Shown here one piece after another: positions 1 to 12,461 of a stretch of 64,000 bases of DNA; the first letter of the stretch is position 1; each line of letters opens with the position of its first letter. Where the stretch lies: NCBI GenBank assembly GCA_964016885.1, contig OZ024741.1:239134001-239198000 (forward strand), read 5' to 3'. The notes beneath the pieces are model-generated. The model had not been told where the DNA came from and made no database searches. It saw nothing but the letters and a program-made list of their open reading frames with translations. The translations under genes were made by a program, and so were the position numbers. This DNA is from Eledone cirrhosa. Taxonomy: Eukaryota.

Positions 1-210
1 AATGGCAGAATCGGTAGAGTGTCAGACAAAACACCTTTTGGTATTTAGTTATATTTCATTACATTCTTGGTTCCCATGCTGTCATAGCAGATTTCATATT
101 TTATCCTTCTAGTGTCAGTAAATAAGTACCTGTTATGTATTGGGGGAAGGTAACTAAACAGACTACATTCCATCCACAAATCTTTGTGGCCTTATGTCTA
201 TCTTAGAGAA
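1..210 (+). mobile_element. Degenerate tRNA-derived SINE (Nin/Deu-domain-like family)
   Basis: Diverged match to the young copies at 1551-2175: head tggcagaatcggtagag, core tttatccttctagtgtcagtaaataagtacc, tail tggccttatgtcta. Confidence 0.6.
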
Positions 211-919
211 AATGTATTTAAAGTAAGATCAGTCAGAATATCTGAATGTATAAAAAGATTTAGTTGATCATATCGACTCCAGTATTTATTTGTTCAAGTC
301 GTCTTCTACTTATTTCATCAATCTGTTTTTGTTGAACCCCTAATTTATGGGATATTAACACAAATACACACACAAATGTAAACACAGAGATAAGCACAGA
401 CACACACACAGACATATATATATATATATATATATATATACTTTAGATTTCTGTATTTTCTGTCGACAAATTATATTGGAAGATTTTAATCTAAATAGGA
501 ACCCTTTAAAATTGATGTTTATTTCTGTAAAACCAGGGGCGATTTTGGGCAAGTTGGTTTCAAAGGGGTTAATGATGGTAGAAGTAAATAAGATGCTCAC
601 AGGTAATGAGTTCAAACCCACCACAGATGTATTGTTGTTTCTGAGAAAACAACCTCAGTTCATTTACTTGTTTATTTTTATATCACAATAGGTGCACAAT
701 AGCTTCATTGGTAACAGTTTCCAATGGGTCAATCTGAGGTTTCCGACAGTAAGAGTGACAAATGAGCATCTGTTACTCAGTGCAAAACAAATATCACAAA
801 GGACTTTATGCAAAGAGCATTGTTTTGGGGAATTTTTTCCACACCAGTGTCAATGTTTCTTTTACTGAAATATATATTCATACATGTGGGGTACTAGAGG
901 AGGGAGTGTGTGAGAGTGT

Positions 920-1088
920 GTGTGTACATTGAACCTACATACAGTTTCTATCAACCAAGTTTCATTCAAAAGGTATTGCTGAATCCAAAGCTATGGTTGA
1001 AGATACTTATCCATTGTATTGAGCAATGAGATCAAACCTTGAACTATGTAGTTGGACAATGAACTTCTTAACCATACAGCCATGCCTG
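920..1088 (-). mobile_element. tRNA-derived SINE, second family
   Basis: Reverse complement resembles + copies at ~42995-43170 and ~57550-57705 (ggctgtgtggttaagaag...gtcttctactata...tggtagatggaaactg). Confidence 0.6.
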
Positions 1089-1334
1089 TTTTTGAGAAGA
1101 GTTACCAGAGATTCAGAAAACTCTATCTCTGGAAGAATGATGTCTTATCCAGAAATGTATCTTGCGTCTATTCAATGCCTTGAAACTGAAATTAAACACT
1201 GGCCTATAAAAGCCTATCAAGGAGAAGAAGGTATTTATTTTCAAATAATAATAATGGTTTCTGATTTAGGCACAAGGCCGACAATTTTGGGCGGATGGGA
1301 AAGTCGATTAAATCAACCCCAGTGATTCAGGATT

Positions 1335-1550
1335 GGTGGGGTACTTGAGTCGCCCCTGGATAGTTCTCCTCCGCCCCCTATTGGGGAATTCTGTTGTTTG
1401 TTACTTTATTGTTTATTGTTATTGTTTTATTTATTTTTTACTCGATTGTTTTGGAAACCCCCTCTCTCCCTGTTTTTTTGTATTGTCCCCTATAGGTAGG
1501 CCCTTGTGGCCAATAAAGAAAGAATTATTATTATTATTATTGTTATTATT
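1335..1550 (+). mobile_element. 3' end of a non-LTR element with AATAAA and (TTA)n tail
   Basis: ggcccttgtggccaataaagaaagaattattatt; a related end occurs at ~57960-58075 (gggcccttgtagccaataaaagaaattatt). Clade not assignable. Confidence 0.5.
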
Positions 1551-2175
1551 AAAGGTGGTGGATTAGCAGTATCGGTAGAGGGTCGGACGCCATGCTTTGC
1601 AGCATAGTTACGTCCCTTTACGATCTGAGTTCAAATCCCGCCGAGGTTAACTTTGCCTTTCATCCTTACGGAGTCGATAAAATAAAGTACCAGTAATGCA
1701 CTGGGATAATTGCTGGCCTTGTGCCTAAAGTAGAAACAATTATTATTATGGTGGTGGATTGGCAGTATCGGCAGGCATCAGACGCCATGCTTTGCATCAT
1801 AAAGTTATGGCCCTTTATGTTCTGCCAAGGTTAGCTTTTCCTTTCATCCTTATGAGGTCGATACAATAAAGCACCAGTAACGTACTAGGGTCGATTTAAT
1901 CGACTCCTCCCCCCCCCCCGCCAAAAAAAAAATTACTGGCCTTGTGCTTATATTAGAAATCATTATTATTATAGATCAGGGCGGTGGATTGGCAGTCTCG
2001 GTAGAGGGTCGGACGCTGTGCTTTGACGTATAGAGTTACGGCCCTTGCCATTCTGAGTTCAAATCCCGCCGAGGTTAACTTTGCCTTTCATCCTTACGGG
2101 GTCGATAAAATAAAGTACCAGTAATGTACTGAGTAATTTCTGGCCTTGTGCCAAACGTAGAAACAATTATTATTA
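1551..2175 (+). mobile_element. Three stacked tRNA-derived SINEs (Nin/Deu-domain-like)
   Basis: A-box-like tggcagtatcgg, B-box gagttcaaatccc, core gcctttcatccttacggggtcgataaaataaagtaccag, tail gtagaaacaattattatt; each copy starts in the previous tail. Confidence 0.85.
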
Positions 2176-2264
2176 TAGATCAGAGCTTGTGGTTCAATAG
2201 GAATCGTAATTAAACCGGTCACAACCCCAATATCATGTAACATAGTATTAATAATTAAAAATTC

Positions 2265-2478
2265 TTTCTAACATTCGTACAATGCCAACAATTTAGAGGA
2301 AGATGAAAGTTGATTGTATCAACCCCAGTATTGGACTGGTACTTTATTTTATTAACCCTGGACAGATGAAAGGTAAAGTTGACCTCAGGAGGATTTGAAC
2401 TGAAAATGTAAAAAGCTGGAACAAATAGTGCTACGTATTTGTTCGACACTCTAATGACTTTGCTAATCTACCACCTTC
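2265..2478 (-). mobile_element. Older SINE copy, same family
   Basis: Reverse-complement core gactggtactttattttatt...gatgaaaggtaaagttgacctc...ggatttgaact. Confidence 0.75.
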
Positions 2479-2537
2479 ATAATAATAACAATAATAATAA
2501 TAATGATAATAATAATAATAATAATAGTAAGGAGCCA

Positions 2538-3400
2538 ATGAAAAATCCCTTCATAGTACCTTCTTTGAGAAAACTGAATTTAGAGATCCACAGACATGGA
2601 ACTGGTTAAAAAGAGGAGACCTTAAAAAGGCTACAGAAGGAATGCTAATGGCTGTGCAAGAGCAGGCCCTCAAAATGAAGTGGCTGAAACACCATATTTA
2701 CAAGGAGGAGGCTAGCCCACAGTGCAGGATCTGTGGAGAGAGAGAGAGGAGACTGTGGCTCACATTGTATCCGAGTGTAAACACCTAGCCCAGACCCACT
2801 ATAAAGGCTGGAGACATGATGTGATGGGCAGGGTGATCCACTGGCATCTATGCAAAGTAAACAATTTAACACATTCTGAGAAGTGGTATGAGCATAAGCC
2901 AGAGTCGGTGATAGAAAACGATCAGGTGAAGGTGCTGTGGGATTTTAGGATACAGACGGACAAGAAACTGGAACACAATAGACCTGACCTGGTGGTTTTG
3001 GACAAGGAAAAAAGATTGTGCCTGATTGTGGATGTGGCCTGCCCATTTGACACGAGAGTGCAAGAAAAAAAGAGGGAGAAAATTAACTGATACCAGGACT
3101 TAAAGTGGGAGGTAAAAAGGATTTGGAACTGCCATGAAGTTAAAGTGGTCCCGATTGTCATAGGCGCACTAGGTACTATCTCAAAGAGTTTCCAAGGATG
3201 GTTAAAGAAAATTGGTCCCGGCCCGCTTTTTGGAACACTTCAAAAGGCATGCTTGCTGGGAACAGCAAGAACTCTCCGATACGTCCTGAATATCTGAGGC
3301 TGCAGGTAACGGCTTGATATTCATTTCAACAAACTTTCCAGTTAACTAACATCAATGACTGAGACTCAAAGAACAATAATAATAATAATAATAATAATAA
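2538..3400 (+). mobile_element. 5'-truncated R4/Dong-clade non-LTR retrotransposon (zinc knuckle + restriction-like endonuclease end)
   Basis: ETVAHIVSEC, RHD, WDFRIQTD, NRPDLVV, IVDVACP motifs; stop at 3295-3297; (TAA)n on both sides; near-identical to 7048-7793. Confidence 0.9.
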
Positions 3401-4239
3401 TCAAATGTAAACTATAATATAATAATAATAATTGTTTTTATAGTCAGAAAAGAAAATGGCTAGAAAACAACAACCAAATAACCTCACCGCCAGCACCACC
3501 GCCGCCACCATCACCATCACCACTACCACAAAAAAAATCTAGCCAAATACAAACCAGCACCATTCCTATAGTACTGCTGCCCCATTGCCACCGTCGCCAC
3601 TGCATCATCGCTACCGCCACTATTCCCTCACTACTTAAGAGAGGGGTGGTGATGCCGCTACACATGAAAAGAAGCGAGGAAGGTATCAAAAGATATAAAT
3701 AGACTAGCTTAGTGACTCGGTCAAACAGCTAACAACAACAACAACACCAAAATAATGATGTTGTTATATCTCTAAACTCTCTCAAAATGTTTAGTTTAAA
3801 CGATGTCAAATCTAAACTATAATATAATAATAATAAGTGCTTCTGCTTTTGGCACGGGGCCAGCAATTGACCCGGTGTGTTGCAGGTGCTTTGTGGTGTC
3901 GGCCCCGTAGGGATGAAAAGGAAAAAAAATTATAGAAAAAATTATAGTCGAAAAATTATAGAACAGAAAACAGACAGAAGCAAACGCAACAACGGACACG
4001 GGTTTCAAAAGTTTTGAACACAACAACCCCTACTTCCCTTAGCAGCAGCAGCAACAACAACACTAGTAACCGATGTTACTGGCCTTGTAAAACGAAAAAC
4101 ACAAAGGAGAAAAACAAACAAAAAAGGGAGAAAAAAAGGGAAGAAAAGCTAAGTCAGACATTCAAACATTACAATGAAACTTGTGTTTGTTTTTGTTGTT
4201 TTTGTTTTTTTTAGGTTTTTATCTATTTGTTTGTATGTT

Positions 4240-7200
4240 TATTTATGTTCGTCTACAGCGTGATGGTGCCACGCTAAAATCACCGGGGGTGATGAAATCA
4301 CTGGGGGTGATGAAATCACCGGTAGTTATGTAACCATACATTCACCAATCCTCGATATGAGTGTTTAAATGTCGAACCTAAACAGTTCGAATAACGGTGA
4401 AGTGGAGACTGGAATGTCATGTGACAGACTCTCACCCAGCAGGTGGTCCCTGGCCCAGCAGCAGGGACCTGGCTGTCATCCAAATACTGCTGGTGTTGGA
4501 GGAAGAGGAAGAAGGAAAGGGACCAGAACCAACTGGACAAAAGAATTGAATAGAGCTGTTATGGAATGTTACCTGAAGAGTAACCCCAAGGAGAGGGGCT
4601 ATAGGAAACGGATGCATAACATCTGGAACAAGATGGGTCTATTTAAATTAGATGAACAAAAATTGGCCGGGCAGGCTCGGGTAATAAGAACTAATGGGTG
4701 GATAAGCGAGCTGGAACTGGAGGAACTGAGCAGAGATTAGATTGGAAATGGAGAGTGGAGTATGCCAAGCAAACGAGCCAGTGGGAAATGAAGGTGAAGA
4801 GGTTGAGAGAACGGAGGAACCATCCGAAGCAGACAATGATCTGAATGCTGAAATAAATAATACCTGGAACAAAGATACGGCCATTGAGGAAATGAATGCT
4901 GACGGGCTAGGACAAGATTTGGTTGATATCCTAAACTTAGTGGTAGATGAAATGAACAATGATAGTGGGAAACCTATGAACCTAAGATTTGTAGACAGGA
5001 AAAAGTTAAAAGAAATAACAGCTAAGGTAAACAAAGTCATCCCATACCTTGAGGCGAGGAACCTTCACCAATGCAACAATATCCTCAAAGCAACAGCAAA
5101 TGCGGTGAGGAAATTACTTGGCATAAAAACGAGAGGAATCAACAAACAAGAAAGATCAGAACCATGGTGGAAGAAACAACTGAATGGTCAAATCAGGGAA
5201 ATGAGAAATGACATTGGAAAGCTTGAGTCCCTACTGAATGGGACACTACGAAACATAGACACTAAAAATAGACTGGAAATAAAGTACAAAACTAGGAGGA
5301 AAAAGGTAAATATTATCATAGAGGAACTGAAGCAACGCATTGTAGCAAAGAGTGTAAAGATTAGGCAGTATGAGAGCAGAGTCAGTAAGTATAGACAGAA
5401 CCACATGTTTGACAACAACCAGAAGATGTTGTTTGGGCAGCTTGAAGGGAAAGAAAGAAACAACGACTTGATCCCTGAGGCGGAACAGACTAAGACATTC
5501 TGGAGAGGAATATGGGAGCAGGATGTTGAACATAATGATCAGGCAGTGTGGATTGAGACAGTATAAAAGGAGATTAGTGAACAAGCACACCAACAAACTG
5601 ATTTAAGTATCACAGTTGAAACTCTTAAAGGGCAGGCCAGAAAACTAACCAACTGGAAATCATCAGGCCCAGATGGTGTGCAGGGGTATTGGATTAAAAA
5701 TATAACATCCCTCCACCCGAAACTGACAACCATGTTCAATGACTGCTTGATGTCGAGTGAGGTATCAGAGTGGTTGACAAAAGGTACCACAGTCCTGGTA
5801 ATGATGAATCCTGGTAAGACCGAATCAAGGGTAATGATGTTACCAACTATAGACCTATCACATGTCTATCCGTAATGTAGAAACTGTTAACAAGCATTAT
5901 GTCTGAGGAAATCTACCATCACCTCCACACAAACATCTTGTTACCGGACGAACAGAAAGGATGCCGAAAGAAGTCCCGTGGTACAAAAGACCAGCTACTT
6001 ATTGATAAGATGGTAATGAGGAATTGCAAGAGGAGACACACTGGTCTTGCCATGAGATGGATAGACTACAAAAAAGCATTCGACATGGTACATCATTCTT
6101 GGATAACCAAAACCCTAGAGATCTTCAAGGTGGCAGATAACATCAGACAGTTGTTGAGCAAAAGTATGAAGTCCTGGGAAACAGAATTAACATCGGGTAG
6201 AGAATCCTTGGGAGGTGTGTAGATCAAGAGAGGTATCTTCCAGGGAGATAGTCTGTCCCCTCTGTTGTTTGTCCTTGCCCTGATGCCCCTGACCATTATA
6301 CTGCGAAAAGTGAGAGCAGGATACAAGTTGGGAAAGGGAGAGCTTACCATCAACCACCTCCTCTTCATGGACGATCTTAAACTCTTTGGGAAGAGTGAGA
6401 AGGAGTTGGATCTACTTGTTGACACTGTCAGCATTTTCAGCAATGATATATGTATGGAATTTAGTGTTAATAAGTGTGGAGTCCTTGTGATGATGAGGGG
6501 TGAATTGAGCAGAAGCAACGGAATCCAGGTACCAACAGGTGAGATGATAAAGGAAATTGACACTGAAGAAGGATACAAATATTTAGGTGTTCTGGAGGCA
6601 GGTGACATCAAGAACAAAAAAATGAAGGAATTGATAAGATCTGAGTACATTAGGAGAGTAAGGAGCGTATTAAAATCACGTCTAAATAGTAGGAATGTCA
6701 TAAGTGCAGTGAATTCCCGAGCTGTGTCTATTATTAAGTACAGTGCGGGAATTCTAAAATGGAATGTTGCTGAACAAAAAGAAATAGATAGGAAGACTAG
6801 GAAGCTATTGACTATCTACAACATGTTCCACAAGAGGAGTGATGTTGATAGACTCTACTTAAAGAGATCTGAAGGTGGAAGAGGGCTCTGTTCAGCATAG
6901 AGGGCTGTGTTCAGATGGAGAAAAACAACCTGCACAAATACGTGACTGACAGTAGGGAGCCAATGCTCAGAATTGTACTGAAGAAGAGAACAATAGACCA
7001 GGGGATGTCCAAGGAGGAAATAACAACAAGGAGGAAGAGCAACCTTCATGAAAAATCCCTTCATAGTACCTTCTTTGAGAAAACTGAATTTAGAGATCCA
7101 CAGACATGGAACTGGTTAAAAAGAGGAAACCTTAAAAAGGCTACAGAAGGAATGCTAATGGTTGCGCAAGAGCAGGCACTCAAAACGACTGGGTGAAACA

Positions 7201-7793
7201 CCATATTTACAAGGAGGAGGCAAGCCCACTGTGTAGGATCTGTGGAGGGAGAGAGGAAACTGTGGCTCACATTGTATCCGAGTGTAAACACCTAGCCCAC
7301 ACTCACTATAAAGGCTGGAGACATGATGTGATGGGCAGGGTGATCCACTGGCACCTATGCAAAGTAAACAATTTAACACATTCTGAGAAGTGGTATGAGC
7401 ACAATCCAGTGCCTGATTGTGGATGTGGCCTGCCCATTTGACACGAGAGTGCAAGAAAAGGAGAGGGAGAAAATTAACCGATACCAGGACTTAAAGTGAG
7501 AGGTAAAAAGGATTTGGAACTGCCATGAAGTCAAAGTCATCCCGATTGTCATAGGCACACTAGGTACTATCTCAAAGAGTTTCCAAGGATGGTTAAAGAA
7601 AGTTAGTCCAGCCCCGCTTTTTGGAACACCTCAAAAGGCATGCTTGCTGGGAACAGCAAGAACTCTCCGATACATCCTGAACATCTGAGGCTGCAGGTAG
7701 CGGCTTGATATTCATTTCAACAAACTTTCCAGTTAAATAACATCAATGACTGAGACTCAAAGAACAATAATAATAATAATAATAATAATAATA
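4240..7793 (+). mobile_element. Near full-length, disrupted R4/Dong-clade retrotransposon (single RT + RLE ORF, ~4369-7688)
   Basis: ORF fragments with WTKELNRAVMECY, PWWKK, EQKGCR, WIDYKKAFD, GIFQGDSLSP, HLLFMDDLKL, YKYLG, CRIC..ETVAHIVSEC; several stops and frameshifts; (TAA)n tail. The 5' boundary is approximate. Confidence 0.9.
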
Positions 7794-10025
7794 AGGAGGT
7801 GGGAGGAGGGATTGATTTTATAGCAATGGAATGGATTCGTGAATTTCCATCAAGTTTAGCACTTTACTATTTGCTTAAAGTTTGGATTTATCACTGGTGG
7901 ATGACTTGGCATCCGAGCAGACAGAGGATAAACTCGATGATTGGAAACAAAAATGACCATTAATTCGATACTGCACAATACTGAGATTATACTGTCTCAT
8001 AAAAATATAGCAAGGAATTAGTTAAGGATGACAAATAAAATGTGACAAGTCCAGCAATTTAATCTATCTCACACCACTATAAAGATCTTCTATCTCATTC
8101 ATTTCAATGATGATACTGTAAACTACACCAGAACTGTAAATTCTAACAAGAGATAGATAGATAGAGAAAGGTTCTGTATCATCTATGCATATCTTCTCAG
8201 CATGGCATTACAGGCATTAAACTGCTGCCACTGGTCTGATATATCACTAACTCTACTGATAATATCACATTGCACCATGAGAATAATATAAAAACATCAT
8301 TATTATCATAATCATTGATACCATCAACAAGAGAAAGCAATATAAGTAAGTAGCTTGCCAGGCTTTTAAATCAATAGCTGTGAGTTTAGCTCAACTTGTG
8401 CAGTGGTGGTAGAAACCCCCAGTTTTAGTTCCTTGACTGCCATGTATATTCTACTTAATACTGACTTGTGCAGTGGCGGTAAGGTTAAATAGCTTTAGAA
8501 ACACCCCCACCCACACAGTTTTAGTTCACTGTCTGTCATGTATAACTTACTTAATACTAACTTGTCAAATGAATCCTTCGAGCATCAACTATAACTGGGA
8601 AAATCTAAGGAAATATAATGTTAACCATACCATTATTTGTAACTATTTCACTATGTGAACAATCATTTGAGTCAACTTAGATTAGCAAATACACCCTTAA
8701 AAATATTACAGAATCAAGCTCAACAAGATATTTGCCACAGCCAATCAAAATACTTCATTTCATGCAAAGGCACAATTAAAATTGTTTCATAGAAAAGCTT
8801 CATATATATAAATAATAACTAATTGGACTATATAAATTAAAATTACTTTGTGAAATAGTGCATTCTGTAAATGAACTTTAGTATTGTTTGCATTTTTTAC
8901 TAAAAAATCAGAAATGGAAAAACAGTCTATTAATGGTTTATTAATGAAAAGTGATTAATTGTTTTGAACTGATTAACTTGCTGATCTTAAAGCCTTCAAC
9001 TCTCAATATAATAAATTACATAATTGTATTAGTTTTGTTAACTTAAATGTAATAAATTAATTGGTTGTTAAAGATAAACCCTTTCATAAACTAATGTATC
9101 TTTTCCAACAAACTTGTTTTTAGAAAATTTACTTTTTAAATTTGTGTTATATTTATCATTTCAAACATATAAACAATATTACATAACATTACATAACATT
9201 TGAACACTTGTATTATAAGGTGTGGTAACTTTTATAAAATATTGTGGAAACAGGTACTGGAATATATTAATATTAATTTACTTTAAAATGTGTTGTCTAG
9301 AATAGTATTATATGTTTAAAAAATGAAAAAAAAATTTGGAAAGTGCTATATCTATAGTGCTAAAGAATTTAAAAAATAAACAGTGTCATATAAGGTTTCA
9401 ATAATATATTGGTTATATTTTATTGTCAGTATGCTGCCATTTTAGGATAACATTTTCATGTGTTGATAATGTTTATTTAGTAATATGAAGAGATTTTCTC
9501 CTGGGAATATTTTGATGAAAGACATTTCCTCTAAGAACTGACGTGGTTCTAATGGCTTTTCAACCTCCAGCAGAGTTTGTGATCATCAACAACCAACACA
9601 AGAAACAATTCTTTGTGTACAGTTTTCTCACTTGTATGTGGCCTGAGGCTAACCATTAGAAGGAGACATTACAGCTGATCAATAAATCTTCCAAGCAAGA
9701 AATTGAAGAAAAACAAAACAACCACAACAAAACATCTTATACAGTGAAGAATTTTTCTCTCCTTATATATCATGAATAGTATGTAAAGCTAAAATACACA
9801 GCTTAAATTCTAAGAAACAAACAGATATTTAGAAAGAGAATTTTGTTTTCATTTCTTGAAATAAATAAATATTTAAGAGAATAATATTTTTAAAAAAATA
9901 GAAGAAAAAGTATTTAAATTTGTTATGTTTTGTTTTGTTTTAATATAATTTAAATATGTTTACCCAATTAAAGTAAATTAAAATAATTGTTTCTATTTAA
10001 AATAATAAAGTAAAGATATACTTAC

Positions 10026-10230
10026 TTTTACAGTGTAAAATCCTTTCTTATAAACTGTGAGTTGGTCCCAATGTTCTGTTGTTAATGGTTGTCTGTGTCA
10101 CTGCTGCTATGGTGTGACAATGGCTTCATGTTGATAGATTGATGTGATGAGTAAGTCAGTAGAAGCCAGCAGTTTCTCTCTCTGTCTTCTTCTCTGTGTA
10201 TGTGTGATGTTTAATGTGAGTGTGTTGTGA
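10026..10230 (-). other. Candidate non-coding first exon of a neighbouring minus-strand gene
   Basis: Donor AAAA|GTAAGT at 10025; unique CA-rich sequence on the minus strand with a (TC)-rich tract upstream (10290-10380); same layout as 44044-44800. Confidence 0.35.
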
Positions 10231-11294
10231 TGGATGGAGAAGGGTGATGCTTACACCAACATCAGATAAACTAGTTGATATGTTTTCCCTCAGAGAGAAC
10301 AGAGACAGAGAGAAACAGAAAGAGATAGAGAGGGACAGAAGAGAGAAAGAAAGAGAGACAGAGATAGAGAGAGAAGACAGAATTATCAGTTCCACTAACA
10401 GTTAGCCATAAGAAATTTATCCAATACCAACATGTCTAAAAATGTAAAAACTACAAACTTAAGAAGAAATATCTATTGTTCTCTCAATTTATTTTCTATT
10501 TTTCCTTAATTTTTTTCTTTTTTTAAATTTTTGTTTTATATACAAAATTAAACTTTTTCTACATGATCACATGACCACTTTTATTGACTAATTGAAACCT
10601 TCACATAAATAACAAAGTCAATTTTTATTTACTCAACATTTTCAACAAACCACAAACTCCCTCAGCTGTGTGATAATGTCATTTTAGATATTATGTTCTA
10701 TTCTTAATTTCAATCATAAATATATGTTATTTAAAAAATGTCTAATATATTCACTGGATATCTGAGTGATTATGAAGCAGTGTTTATTTACTGAATAATT
10801 TATTTAGTGATAGTGGTTGCATTTTAATGTCTTTAAGGAAAATAAAATATCAAACATCAAATACTAAACCTCAACTGAAAATAATATCAGCCGGTTTATA
10901 AGTGATGAAAATAAATAAGGTGAAAATTAAAGAATTTTTAAACTTTATAAATAATATTTCTAGCCAGATATTCAAATAAAATACTTATATATTTTATTTA
11001 TATTTTGTATGAATAGTTTTTTTAATTTTTGTGTGTAATATACCAGCAACAATTTAATGGGAATATAAGTGTTACGAGAATTATCACACATTTGGTTATG
11101 ATACAGTTTCTACTTTAAAGAACTATGTATATGTGGACCCATAACTCCTCATGAAATCATAAGGGTACGTACCATCGTGGCATACAGCATTCTAAAGCTG
11201 GCGTGGCTCTTCCCTTCTCCGTGTCTGAACACAGCCGATTTCTTCCAGAGAAGGAGAGAGAGAGAGAGGAAGTGAAGAAGAAATATAGAGGAAG

Positions 11295-11450
11295 AATCGA
11301 CCCCAGTACATGACTGGTACTTTATTTATCAACCTTCAATGGATGAAAGGTAAAGTTAGCCTCAGCAGGATTTGAACTGCAGAGAGACAAAATGAATACC
11401 CCAAAACATTTTATCCAACATTCTAACAGTTCTGCCTATTCGCCACTTGA
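11295..11450 (-). mobile_element. SINE copy in the putative protocadherin 3' UTR
   Basis: atcgaccccagtacatgactggtactttattt...ggatgaaaggtaaagttagcctcagcaggatttgaact. Confidence 0.7.
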
Positions 11451-11622
11451 AAGAGCTACAGATTTTTATTTTTAAATAAAACTATATGAATGAGAACATT
11501 TTTGTGAAACTGTAAATGAAAAGGCTGGGGGTAGCTTTTTTTTCTTACTCATAAAATATTTAGAGTGTGTTCTATTACTAAATTACTTTGGTGCTTGGAA
11601 CTGTAAGCTAAGTAGCCTTTGG

Positions 11623-11741
11623 TCAGTTAATGACATCTTCAGGTGTCAGAGACAGCTGTCTTTCTAGGGGCTTTAGAAATCTATCTTGGTAATGTTGTCT
11701 CTCATAACTTGCTGATATAGCAGGGCAGGCACTATAGAGAT
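11623..11741 (-). CDS. PCDH: Protocadherin terminal coding exon (predicted)
   Basis: Acceptor tatattttccag|; phase 1 matches the upstream exon; reads (D)LYSACPAISASYERQHYQDRFLKPLERQLSLTPEDVIN* (119 nt). Confidence 0.6.
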
Positions 11742-11857
11742 CTGGAAAATATATCCAACAGATAAGATGATTTAAAATACTGTAGATTGTAAATAGAAGT
11801 AGAAGGGAGAGGAAAAAATAGCCAATCTCTACCTCATTTATATTAGCAACAACATGA

Positions 11858-12070
11858 TTTCTGATTTAGGTATAAAGCCAACAATTTATGGGGAGGAGAA
11901 AGTCAGGTATATTGATACCAGTACTTAACTGGTACTTTATTTTATCAACCTTCAAAGGATGAAAGGCAAAGTTGACCTCAGTAGCATTTGAACACAGAAT
12001 GTAAAGAACTAAAACAAACAGTGCTAAGTATTTGTTTGATGCTCTAATGTCTGTGTCAATCCACTGTCTT
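11858..12070 (-). mobile_element. SINE copy in the last predicted intron
   Basis: Reverse-complement core actggtactttattttatcaaccttcaaaggatgaaaggcaaagttgacctc. Confidence 0.75.
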
Positions 12071-12145
12071 AGCAACAACAACATAATACAATAAGCTACA
12101 CAATACCACCTACAATAACAATGGGAGCAAGTTAAATTACCCTAC

Positions 12146-12299
12146 CTGACATTGCTGGTATTTCTTCATAATATCCACCAATATCTCTGTCAATCCAGCT
12201 TGGGCCAGTGTCCTTGTAAGTGACTAAAGTGTCACTTTTGTAGTTCTCTAGTTCCCGGAGTTCACCGTACGATGTCACTTCAACTGGTTCACTATACTT
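12146..12299 (-). CDS. PCDH: Protocadherin cytoplasmic-domain exon (predicted)
   Basis: Acceptor ttgttttgtgtttaatcacag|, donor CAG|GTAGG; 154 nt open in phase 0, matching the donor at 38939; reads KYSEPVEVTSYGELRELENYKSDTLVTYKDTGPSWIDRDIGGYYEEIPAMS, resembling the DSG-x-G-W...YEE-x-P tail motif I recall from octopus protocadherins. Confidence 0.75.
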
Positions 12300-12461
12300 C
12301 TGTGATTAAACACAAAACAAATATTTTAGGGAAAATAAAAATAATCTGGAGTGGAAATTATGTAAATACAAAAGTCTAAAAATATAACATATTTCACTGA
12401 GATAGCTGTCTTGTAATAGCTGCCATGGCTATGAATTTATGTTAACGTAGTAGACCACTAC

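Noticed and set aside
1551-1650. tRNA gene
   Set aside because: The A and B boxes belong to a SINE head with no cloverleaf and continue into the SINE core and tail.
4648-6701. Long minus-strand ORFs (130-202 aa)
   Set aside because: Antisense shadows of the Dong coding frame; similar shadows occur over the RTE fragments.
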